Origin: a virus
Virus record (IMG/VR): IMGVR_UViG_3300045988_027877
Span: 32,001-96,000 of that record
Strand: one strand, 5' to 3'
DNA length: 64,000 bases
Notes under the pieces: model-generated
What the model saw: only the letters and a program-made list of their open reading frames with translations
Database searches by the model: none
What the model was told of the DNA's origin: nothing
Program-made: the position numbers and the translations under genes
Shown here: positions 11,829 to 21,337 of the stretch, piece by piece
Position numbering within the stretch: position 1 is the first letter of the stretch
Layout of the letters: the number at the start of each line of letters is the position of its first letter

Positions 11829-13070
11829 ATGAAACTAGGAGATAGAAATATTATAGCTGCATACTTAGGTGATGTGAACGTATTCACTAATTACTATGGC
11901 GTCAGCTTTCCTCTTGAACCTCAGAATACTATTCTAACTAGAACAGGTTATATGCCTTGGCATAAAGAACTACCTATACAGTCTAAGATGAAGTCTTGCA
12001 CGATTACTTCTGATGGAACAGTTAAATATCTTAGTGTTACAGATAGAACCAAGTATGAAGATGGTACTGATAGAGACATGACATTAAATACTATGGTAGA
12101 AATACCAGAGTTCTGGTATAAATGTATGAGAGATGATACTACTGTATATTTGAACTTATATCCAGCAGATCCTCATATTCCAGAAGCTGAACATGTGGAG
12201 AAGTTCTATATTTCTGCATATGAAGCATCTAATGTAGATAATGTGTTAAAATCTATTAACAATGGATCTATTACTCCAGTAGTAAACATTAATAGAACTA
12301 CTATGCAATCTAGAGCTAGGGCTAATAACTCCAGTACTACGAATTGGAACATGTATACTTACAGAGCTCATAGAATACTTACTGTGCTTTACTTAGTTGA
12401 ATATGCATGTACCAACAGTTAGAAAGCTTTCAATGCCGAATTAACTGCAGAAGGATATCATCAAGGAGGATTAGGAGATGGAGTTACTACAGGTAATATT
12501 AAAGTAAATGGAGTTGATACATGGAGTTTTATACCTTGTGGAAGTACAGACGAACATGGAAACTCTACTGGTATAACTTCCGTTACTGTTAATAGTACTG
12601 ACGCAGAAGGTGTTGCAACTCAGAAATCTTATAATGTTCCTACTTATAGAGGTATTGAGAATCCATTTGGTCATGTATGGAAAAATTGTATAGACACACT
12701 TGTACATTTTAATGCACAAACTAATAAAAATGACGTTTATATAAATACCGACTTAAGTACATTTGGATCTACTGATATATCTGATTATGACTATCAATGT
12801 AGTACTACTATTACTGAAGGTTATAAGAAGAAATTGGTATACAATGCAGCATTTGACATACTTCCTCCAATAGATGAAGCATTTGGTGGTAGTACTACAA
12901 CTTATTGGTGTGACTACAATTGGACTAATAATAGTACAACTGATAGGCTAACATTAATAGGCGGTCGTGCTGGTTCTGGCGCGGCTGCTGGGTTGCTCTC
13001 TGTTTATTCTGCCGATGGGCTTGGCGCTGCTCATGCTGGTGTCGGTACTCGGTTAATCTATATACCGTAA
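11829..13070 (+). CDS. DGR target (variable) protein, C-type-lectin/FGE-like fold, probable receptor-binding protein
   Basis: ATG 11829, one in-frame TAG at 12420, TAA 13068-13070. Contains YRGIENPFGHVWKN. The C-terminal 31 codons are the VR (IGGRAGSGAAAGLLSVYSADGLGAAHAGVGT). Confidence 0.85.
12958..13050 (+). repeat. DGR variable repeat (VR)
   Basis: Ungapped 93-nt alignment to 13107-13199. All 60 non-A template positions are identical. 28 mismatches occur, all opposite template adenines. Confidence 0.9.
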
Positions 13071-13106
13071 TTTAATTAAAAATATAGATAGGTTGTTCCT
13101 CATCAT

Positions 13107-13199
13107 TAAGCAGTAATGCTAGTAATAGCACGAATGCTAGGTTACTCAATGTTAATTCTAACAATGAGCTTAGCAATGCTAATGCTAATGTCAGTACAC
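13107..13199 (+). repeat. DGR template repeat (TR)
   Basis: Non-coding copy 36 nt after the target stop. Rich in AAT/AGY codons in the VR frame (LSSNASNSTNARLLNVNSNNELSNANANVST). 33 adenines, 28 of them changed in VR. Both repeats are followed by ...CCGTAA. Confidence 0.9.
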
Positions 13200-13328
13200 T
13201 GAATCCGTAATTAAACAAATAAAGAAATTAAGAGACTGTAGAGGGAGACCTTACCCCTTGGTAAAAGATAACATACTAATTAACTGTGTTAGTAACTTTT
13301 TTCGTGAAAACTCGGTAATGGATTACAG

Positions 13329-14354
13329 ATGAAAAGATATAATAATTTATTTGACAAAATAGTAACTTTAGACAATTTATATCTAGCGGATAAAAGAGCT
13401 AGAAGACAAAAACAACATAGACCTGAAATAATTAATTTTGATAAGAATAGAGAAAAATTACTTTTAGATCTATAGAAGAAATTAATAGATGGTGAATATA
13501 AGACTTCTGAATATTATATATTCAAGATATATGAACCTAAAGAAAGAGAAATATTCAAGCTTCCATACTATCCAGATAGAATAGTACATCATGCTATTAT
13601 GAATATTATGGAACCTATTTGGATATCATCCTTCATTAAAGGAACTTATAGTTGTATAAAAAATCGTGGTATACATAAAGCTCTGAAAGATGTTAAGTTC
13701 GCACTGAAAGATGAAGTCAATACAAAGTACTGTCTTAAGTTAGATGTCAGAAAATTTTATCCTTCAATAGATCATGATATATTAAAATAGCTAATAAGAA
13801 GAAAAGTAAAAGATAAGAAATTATTAATTATATTAGATGAAATAATAGATTCTGCATAGGGAGTACCAATTGGTAATTACTTATCACAATTCTTTGCTAA
13901 TTTATATTTAACATATCTAGATCACTGGATTAAAGAAGAGAAACATATAAAATACTATTTCAGGTACGCAGACGATATAGTAATATTAGGAAAAGACAAA
14001 GAAGAACTACGTCAGTTGTTCAAAGACATGAAAGAGTATATTGAAACTAAACTCAATATAAAGTTTAAAGACAATTGGCAGATATTCAAAGTAGATTCTA
14101 GAGGAATAGACTTTGTAGGATATAGAGTATATCACACTCATGTTCTTCTAAGGAAAACTATTAAGAAGAACTTCTGTAGAAAGATCAGTAAATTAAACAG
14201 AAGAGACGATCTTAGTAAGAGTGAATACAAATAGAAGATCTGTAGTTATATAGGTTGGATTAAATATTGTAATGGTAAGAATCTTTTAAGTAAAATGACA
14301 AAACATAAAGAGCTATTGGAATACATTAATACAAGTAAACGTAAGAGAACCTAA
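13329..14354 (+). CDS. DGR-type reverse transcriptase
   Basis: ATG 13329 to TAA 14352-14354 with four in-frame TAGs (13473, 13788, 13857, 14232). Motifs: YYPDRIVHHAIMN, LKLDVRKFYPSIDH, GVPIGNYLSQFFANLYL (DGR-RT hallmark), RYADDIVILG (YxDD). Confidence 0.9.
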
Positions 14355-14398
14355 TACATATAACTACGTTTTATAAGTAGTTTTCAGATTCATTGTCA

Positions 14399-14438
14399 GA
14401 TCCTAGTACATAAAGTTTGCGCTAGGATTAATTTTTTT
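14399..14438 (+). terminator. Hairpin plus T-run after the DGR cassette
   Basis: ATCCTAG (14400-14406) pairs with CTAGGAT (14422-14428), followed by ATTTTTTT (14431-14438). Confidence 0.45.
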
Positions 14439-14451
14439 AAAGATATCTCAA

Positions 14452-15075
14452 ATGTTTATAGAGTTTTTACCACAGATACTTACAGGAATAGCTTCTATCG
14501 CAGCACTCTGGTTTACTTATAATCAGTATACTAAAAATAAAATGACTGACTATAAGATTGAGAAATGGAGAAAAGAAGAACATCAGAATAACGTAAAGAA
14601 GGCTGGTAGCATTGCTACTATATATGGTGAGTTGTGGGAGTTATTATACTTCCTCAAAGCGGATAGAGTATACCTAATTCAACCACATCCTTTGTATAGA
14701 GAGATGTTCATATCTGCTACGCTTGAAGTAAAGAAGTACGGAGTATCTTCAGTAAGAGAATCTCTATGTGATATTAAGATTGAATCAGTAGCTAACCTCG
14801 TATCAGAACTAGCAAACCAAGATTATTTGTTCATAAAAGATATTGAATCATCTAATCTGGATAACAAGATTAAATCTATAATGACAAGTAACGGTTGTCA
14901 TACTACTGCTATACGAAAGTTATCAGACGAAAAGAATAACTGGATTGGAAGTATAGTAATAGGCTACATTCATGACTTCGATGAAAATGAAGTAGATGTA
15001 GAACTAGTAGAAAAAATGTCTAGATCTAGTGCGCTAGCAATCTAGTATATATTACCAGAATTTAAAACAGAATAA
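14452..15075 (+). CDS. Hypothetical membrane-anchored protein (N-terminal TM helix)
   Basis: 197-aa ORF starting MFIEFLPQILTGIASIAALWFTY. It ends at TAG 15043; with TAG as sense it extends 10 codons to TAA 15073-15075, 1 nt before the next ATG. Confidence 0.5.
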
Positions 15076-15076
15076 C

Positions 15077-15691
15077 ATGTTATCAGAGATTAAGAGTTAT
15101 CTCAGTAAATTGGCAGTCACTATCATAATTGGTTTGGCTGCCTTTTGTTTTTATTAGAGTAAGAAGATATAGGTTCTAGATGAACGTCTAGGGCAAGTAA
15201 CAAATAATTACGAATATTACCAGAGTTTGACAAGTAGATTAAGAGACGATAATAGAACACTTCAGTTGAAGGTAGTAGATCTAAATAACTCAAATGATAG
15301 TTTACTCTAGACTGCCAAGGAAGTGTAGAAAGAATTAAAGATCAAAGACAAGAACCTCTAGTAGGTACAAGTAATCAATACAGAAATGAAGGATACTATT
15401 ACTAAAATAATAACTAAAGAAGTAGACTTTAAAGAAGACTTAAAGCTAAATCCTTTAACTACTATCACAGTAGAAAGAAAAGACTCAATCTTAACCGCCA
15501 TATTAGATTTAAGGAACTCTCAAGTATTGTTCGTAGAAGAGAAAAAAGAATATCGTAATAAGTATAAGAATGGCTTCTAGAGGTTCTTACACTTTGATTG
15601 GAAGAAAGATCGTATCAGAAAGTATCAGATATATAACAGCAATGACTTAATTAAAGTAACAGATACTAGGATAGTTGAAGTTACGGAATAA
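15077..15691 (+). CDS. Hypothetical TM + coiled-coil protein (spanin-like architecture, speculative)
   Basis: ATG 15077, seven in-frame TAGs, TAA 15689-15691. N-terminus LSKLAVTIIIGLAAFCFY is followed by a charged, heptad-like sequence. Confidence 0.45.
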
Positions 15692-15724
15692 TCAAACAAA
15701 ATATTAAAATTAATCAATAATAAT

Positions 15725-16324
15725 ATGCATAGAATAATCCGTACAAAAGCTTATGAAGCTAAGCATGGTCCTCACTTTGATGACGAACATGCGCGTAAAG
15801 CTGTAAGTAAGATGGAGAATGAGGACGGCTCTAAAGGTCAACACTGGTCATTAGAGGAAACTTCTGCCTTAGCTAATCAGTATGGAATTCGTTTTGATGA
15901 CAAGTTCAACAAATACGATTGGTATGTTGCATTGAATATGGTTTACTCTGATTACTATAGAGTGATAGTTAACATGACTGGCTCTAACAACGCTAAGTAC
16001 TTTGTAGAACTAGCTAAAGCTTGGTTATGTGACAAAGATATCGACGAAGGTAAGATGTGGTATTACTATATTTATATCATGTGCGACAAGATTAGAGAAG
16101 CTGAAGATGAACTCTTCGACAGAAACTACAGCAGATATGAAGATGATGACGATGATGAAGCCTACGGTAACTTTCGTAGAGGCGGAAGAATGGGAAGATC
16201 TTCATATGGTAGACGTAGAGAATATGACAGAGAATACGACGAGAGGGACTATGAGAAGGAGAAAATGTTTCCCTACGAAGATGAACTCAAACGTGGTCGT
16301 TCTGTGCGCTACATTAGATATTAA
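15725..16324 (+). CDS. Hypothetical protein with acidic and Arg/Tyr-rich C-terminal tail
   Basis: 199-aa ORF, no TAG, TAA stop. The tail reads ...EDDDDDEAYGNFRRGGRMGRSSYGRRREYDREYDERDYEKE... Confidence 0.5.
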   Translation: MHRIIRTKAYEAKHGPHFDDEHARKAVSKMENEDGSKGQHWSLEETSALANQYGIRFDDKFNKYDWYVALNMVYSDYYRVIVNMTGSNNAKYFVELAKAWLCDKDIDEGKMWYYYIYIMCDKIREAEDELFDRNYSRYEDDDDDEAYGNFRRGGRMGRSSYGRRREYDREYDERDYEKEKMFPYEDELKRGRSVRYIRY

Positions 16325-16359
16325 TCAAATAAAATCAATCCTAAATAAAATCAACAATT

Positions 16360-17343
16360 ATGTTAGAAGATAAAATTATCCTTCAAGACCGCGGTTTCGA
16401 CGCTGGTCTGGCTGCTTTAATGCAGAACGCAAATAAAGGTATGGACCCTGCTGCTTTGATGGCTATGATGAATAACAATGGCGGATTCGGCGGTAACGGC
16501 GGATGGTGGTGGATCTGGATTATCCTGATCTTCTTCTGCTGGGGTGGCTGGGGAGGCAATGGCTTCGGTAACAGAGGTGGCGAAGCTTCTCAACTTGCTT
16601 CTCAATTGAATACTGATGCTAATACTAGTCTGTTGATGCAGGCTATCAATGGTAACAAAGAAGCTATCAGCAACTTGTCTAATACTCTGAATTGTGACTT
16701 TAACTCAGTATAGAGTGCATTGAATACTATTAATGCTAGTGTAAACCAGATTGCTTGCGATACTAAGTTGTCCAGTCAGCAAGTAATAAATGCTATTACT
16801 TCAGGTAATGCATCTCTTGCTTCTGAATTGGCAAACTGCTGCTGCACCACTTAGAGATCTATAGATGGTGTAAATCTTAACCTGACTAAGATGGGTTACG
16901 AAAACCAGTTGGCTGTATGCAATCAAACTAACAACTTGGTTAACACAATGAACAGCAATACTTTGTCTCTGCGTGATAATGGTACTGCAAATACTAATGC
17001 TATTATAGCAAAACTTGATGCTATGCAAAATCAGGCACTACTTGACAAGATTGACTCTCTGCGTGAGAAAAACTCTACACTGGTATCTCAGTTAAGTCAA
17101 GAACATCAGACTGCTACATTTGGTACAATGATAAGTCAGGCTACTACGCCTATCGTTACTAAGTTAAATGCATTGCAATCTGACGTTGATGGTATCAAGT
17201 GCAAACTTCCTAACACTGTAAGTGTACCATATCCTCAGCTGTCTGTTTATAATCCAGAAGTTTTCAAAGCTGCTGCGTATGGAGCTTTTGCTGGTGATAC
17301 TTATGCAAACTACGGAGTAGGTTATAACAACTGTGGTTGCTAA
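16360..17343 (+). CDS. Hypothetical protein with Gly/Trp-rich TM segment and long Asn/Gln/Ser/Thr-rich region
   Basis: Fragments 16360-16713 and 16891-17343 are in one frame, joined through TAGs at 16711 and 16852; TAA at 17341. Segment NNGGFGGNGGWWWIWIILIFFCWGGWGGNGFGNRGG; ends ...GYNNCGC. Confidence 0.55.
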
Positions 17344-17348
17344 TAAGA

Positions 17349-17355
17349 AAGGAGG
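17349..17355 (+). promoter_or_regulatory. Strong Shine-Dalgarno-like AAGGAGG, 5 nt upstream of ATG 17361
   Basis: taagaAAGGAGGtaattATG. I saw no comparable SD before the other starts I inspected. Confidence 0.4.
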
Positions 17356-17360
17356 TAATT

Positions 17361-17801
17361 ATGTTTCCTTTCTATAATACACAACAAACACTATTCCCGT
17401 TTGGTCCTTTTAATCCGTTCTTCTTCGGTAGACGTCGCAGAAGATTGAATACTATTTCTGGTATACCGGTACTTAGAACTACAGGTGTATCTGCTACTAC
17501 TACAGAAGTAAGATATGACGTAAATCATCAGGAATTCCTTAGTTTGCCTAAAGAAGGACTGTTTTTCTTGGATGTAAGACAGGCATCTGCTACAGCTGAC
17601 GCTTCTCTTCCAGTTGGTTTATCAGATGATAATGCAGAGAACAATACTACTCAAAGCATGCTTCGTAATGCATTACAAGAAGAAGTACAAGCCAGTGACT
17701 TACAACTCAATTTCAGATATTTGATTTACTATAATAAATGTAATAACACTTATCAATTAGTAAATGCATATCCTACAAACATAGCTGCACAGGCAGCTTA
17801 A
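17361..17801 (+). CDS. Hypothetical protein (146 aa), probably highly expressed
   Basis: ATG follows the SD. No TAG, TAA stop, and the hairpin terminator follows directly. N-terminus MFPFYNTQQTLFPFGPFNPFFFGRRRRRL. Confidence 0.55.
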   Translation: MFPFYNTQQTLFPFGPFNPFFFGRRRRRLNTISGIPVLRTTGVSATTTEVRYDVNHQEFLSLPKEGLFFLDVRQASATADASLPVGLSDDNAENNTTQSMLRNALQEEVQASDLQLNFRYLIYYNKCNNTYQLVNAYPTNIAAQAA

Positions 17802-17808
17802 TATTAAC

Positions 17809-17828
17809 AAGGGCTCTTCGGAGCCCTT
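17809..17828 (+). terminator. Hairpin with TTCG tetraloop
   Basis: AAGGGCTC-TTCG-GAGCCCTT, a perfect 8-bp stem 8 nt after the stop. No downstream T-run. Confidence 0.5.
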
Positions 17829-17843
17829 AAACAAATACTTATT

Positions 17844-18410
17844 ATGATAACATTTTCGCAATTGAGTATAGGCGATCCTATATATGTATTAGAAATCATA
17901 GGTACATTTAAGAAGAGTACTAATTACTTTGCTGGTAATATAGTAAGTGTATCTAAAGTGTATGACGAACCACTACCACCATAGTAGTTTCCAATGCCTA
18001 ACTAGAATAGAAAGAAGTTAGTAGACATAGTTATAAGTTGTGGTGGTGAACAAAAGAAGCTAACAGTAGAAGAAGGTAAATCATTGATTAATGATACTCA
18101 ATTAGGTCTTACTGTAGCTACAGATAAACAGCATATAGTCAACATGGTTAAGTCTAGTTACAATGAATACAAAGCAAAGAAAGAAGCTGTTGCTAGGTAT
18201 GATGAAGAAATGACAAAATGTGAAGCTATACTTAAGTAGTTAGACTATACAGAGAAAGAACCTGAGAAAGAAGATCCTAGAATATAGGAACTACAAGATT
18301 AGGTTAAAGAACTTAAAGATTTAATAAAGCAAGCAAGTAATATGGTTCCACCTTAGATGAAACAGATGTTACCATAGAATATACAGAATGCAATGAATGA
18401 GGCTAGTTAA
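17844..18410 (+). CDS. Hypothetical protein (188 codons, eight in-frame TAGs)
   Basis: ATG 17844 to TAA 18408-18410 in one frame; all eight interruptions are TAG. Not on the ORF track because the fragments are shorter than 60 aa. Confidence 0.5.
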
Positions 18411-18424
18411 TACTAGCCTTTTTT
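18401..18424 (+). terminator. Rho-independent terminator
   Basis: GGCTAGT-TAAT-ACTAGCC followed by TTTTTTATTTT. Confidence 0.65.
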
Positions 18425-18542
18425 ATTTTAAGACGTTTAGACAAACGCTATTATATTGGTCGATCAGTTGTACTATCCAACACACAAAAGAGCTTAGAGA
18501 AGCTTAAAATACGTTATAAGTATATTTAATAAATAATGCATT

Positions 18543-19199
18543 ATGAAATTAAATACCTTAAATACTATTATTGATGATATTCTACTTGAATTGCGCAATA
18601 GTTCTGTAGCTGAATCAGAACATATAAGTAGGATATAGATCGAACAATGGATAGCTAATTATCGAGCTGTACTTATAAAGCAAGATATAGACAAAGGTAG
18701 AGATATTAATCCAATGTACATCTAGACTATGCCATGTATACACTTAGACAAAGTAGATACTGTAGCTGGTAAGATAGAGTATAAGAGTAATATAGAACTA
18801 CCTAAACTAATAGACTTCCATTTCAGGACCGGTTTAGTATATGTCAAGGACATGTACGGTAATCTTATTCAGCTAGGTCATGAAACTAAAATGAAATATC
18901 AAAGATACAGAAAGTATACCTGTGGTGATTACATCGCTTATATTAAGAACAACAGGTTATATATCGAAGGTAGTGACAATCAACTAGAATGGGTAGAGAT
19001 AGGAATCATAGCAGAGAATCCGGCAGACTTAAATGAATGCTTTGATCCTGATAGTGAATATCCTGTACCTGCACATATGATACCAGTTATTAAAGATATG
19101 ATCTTTAGTAAAGAGTTAAATATCATGCATCAGATGCCATCAGACGAAACTAATAACTCTAGAGATGATATGTAGAACATTAATGTTAGATAGCAATGA
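18543..19199 (+). CDS. Putative neck/head-tail adaptor-type structural protein
   Basis: ATG 18543, four in-frame TAGs. TGA 19197-19199 overlaps the next ATG. Functional guess rests only on position upstream of the tail genes. Confidence 0.4.
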
Positions 19200-19639
19200 A
19201 GAAATCTTATACAATAAGCGACTTCTATGAGTTCTACTTATCTTATATCGAAAGGGAAACTGTATATGATGTTGATTACAAAACATACAGACAAATTGTT
19301 GAAGATTACTTTAAGTATATCGTAGAAGAGATAATGGAAAATAGTAGAGAATTCAAACTACCATGTAGACTTGGAAATCTAAGTATAGTAAAACGATAGC
19401 CTAAGAACTTTGATAACAAGAGCTTAAGAATAGATTATCACGAAAGTAAGATATACGGGAAGCCGATTTATTTTACTAACGAACATTCTAATTTTTTCAA
19501 ATTCAGATTTTTGTGGTCTAAGAAAGATTGTCTGTTAACGAACAAGACAAAATACTAGTTTATAGCGACTCGTGCCAATAAGAGAAGGCTAGCACAAATA
19601 ATAAAAAATAGAGAGCATGACTACGTGGAGATTAAGTGA
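19196..19639 (+). CDS. Small basic hypothetical protein
   Basis: ATG 19196, two in-frame TAGs (19397, ~19556), TGA 19637-19639. Confidence 0.45.
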
Positions 19640-20432
19640 TATTCAAAATATATCAAAACAAGCTGGAGTATATCAAATTAAGAATGTTTTAAATGGGCAC
19701 TCTTATATTGGTAGTACTAATAATTTTTACGATAGACTAATATAGCATCGGTCCCATTTGAGAAAGTAGAAACATCACAGCATTGCGTTGCAGAGAGCTT
19801 ATGATAAATACGGAGAATCTAATTTTGAAGTAAACATATTAGAGATCTGCTCACCCATAAGAGACACTTTATTGTATTTAGAATAGAAATATTTAGATTT
19901 AAACCCTGAATACAACATAAGTAAAATAGCGAGTCATCCTTCAAACACTGGGCATAAGATGTCAGAGCGAGGTAAGAGAATATTGCATGATTTATATTAT
20001 GGAAAGAAAAGAGATCCAAATATAATAGAAAAAGCAATAAAAAATAGAATAGGAAAAGGATGTAAAAACGTATATTGTTTTAATAAGCAAGGCGAGTTTA
20101 TAGGATGTTTTTTAAATTCTAAACAGGCCGTTAAACTATTAAATCTCGGTATATCTCCTAGCATAATAAATAAATGCTGTACAGGTCTATGTAAAAGTGC
20201 AGGAGGATTTGTATGGTCTTACACTTATAAGACAATCGGATCATATAAAAAAGATAATGCAAAAAGAACTAAGATAATTAGAATTTATAAAAACGGAATG
20301 GAAAAAGTATACAGTTCTGTTGCTGAAGCAGCAAAAGATACTGGTAATATAGATAACAGATCTGCTATATCAGACTGTCTACGCGGAAAAAGAAAAACAG
20401 CTTACGGTTCTAAATGGAGGTACTACAAATGA
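19617..20432 (+). mobile_element. Free-standing GIY-YIG homing endonuclease gene (I-TevI-like with C-terminal NUMOD/IENR-type DNA-binding repeats)
   Basis: MTTWRLSDIQNISKQAGVYQIKNVLNGHSYIGSTNNFYDRL..H...(GIY-YIG); later AGGFVWSY and AYGSKWRYY repeats. In-frame TAGs at 19743, 19767 and 19884. Overlaps the upstream gene by 23 nt and the downstream ATG by ATGA. Confidence 0.8.
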
Positions 20433-21337
20433 TTGATAAACTAACAACGTCTAAAGAAATAATTGCTAAGATCATAGCCGATTATGATCTTAAAGAAGAT
20501 GAAATTAAAATAACAGATATTCGAGAATGGATTGGCGAAGGTATGGAAAAAATAGGTGCGGTACAATAGTTAGAACATAAAGTAGCTAATCTGAAGATAT
20601 GTGACTATCAAGCTAAACTACCGTGTGATTTGTATAGATTAAATCAAGTTGCATTCTCATTTGAGAATAGTTGTGGTTGGTTACCAATGAGAAAGGTGAC
20701 TAACTCTTTTGGTATATATAAGAAGTGTGGAGAATGTGATCCTAAGATGTTGATACAAGATAATGTTTTACTTCCACTAGTAAAGAATATCTTTAACTTA
20801 GATAATGATAAGGATGCATTAGAGATACTTAATAGTGATTAGAACATTAAACAAACTCTTAGTGCTCTAGTAAATCAGTATACCGTACCTAGTAACAATG
20901 GTAGACTTATAGTAGGTAATCCTGCTACATTCAATACTAGTTTACAGTACTCTACTAAACCGGGTTACATTACAGTTAATGTACCGTGCGGTTGGGTTAA
21001 AGTATCTTATCACGCTATACCTACTGATGAAGATAATATGCCTATGATACCAGACCTAACTTCTTATAAAGAAGCATTAATGTATTATATAGGTACAAAA
21101 CTATTATACTCTAAATGGATAAAAGGATAGGTATCTAATGAGATATACTATACAATAAAAAGATCTTGGAATTTTTATAGGAAACAGGCATATGCTGAAG
21201 CGATGATGCCAAGCACTGACGAAATTAGAGGTATTCAGAATTCCTGGGACAGGTTATACCCTGAAAGAGATGAGCATAGTAGTTTTTTTGAATATCTTGG
21301 TGATCAACAACATATTTATAATTAGAATAGACCATGA
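20429..21337 (+). CDS. Putative tail/neck structural protein
   Basis: ATG 20429, four in-frame TAGs. TGA 21335-21337 overlaps the next ATG 21334. Confidence 0.45.

Noticed and set aside
13071-15075. Search for a DGR accessory protein (Avd) near TR/RT; ORF 14452-15075 considered
   Set aside because: No ~100-130-aa helical ORF lies between VR and RT. The 14452 ORF has an N-terminal TM helix and is too long, with no resemblance to Avd that I can recognise.
16029-16373. 114-aa ORF overlapping 15725-16324 in another frame; likewise 22025-22249
   Set aside because: The alternative frames give implausible sequences (MKMMTMMKPT..., LLLNLMIFPK...). They are fully nested in better-supported genes.
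18431-18460. Bacteroides-type promoter (TTTG -33 / TAnnTTTG -7) in the 18425-18542 intergenic region
   Set aside because: Only TTTA and TATATTGG approximations are present, with 12-nt spacing instead of about 19-21. This is too weak to report as a feature.
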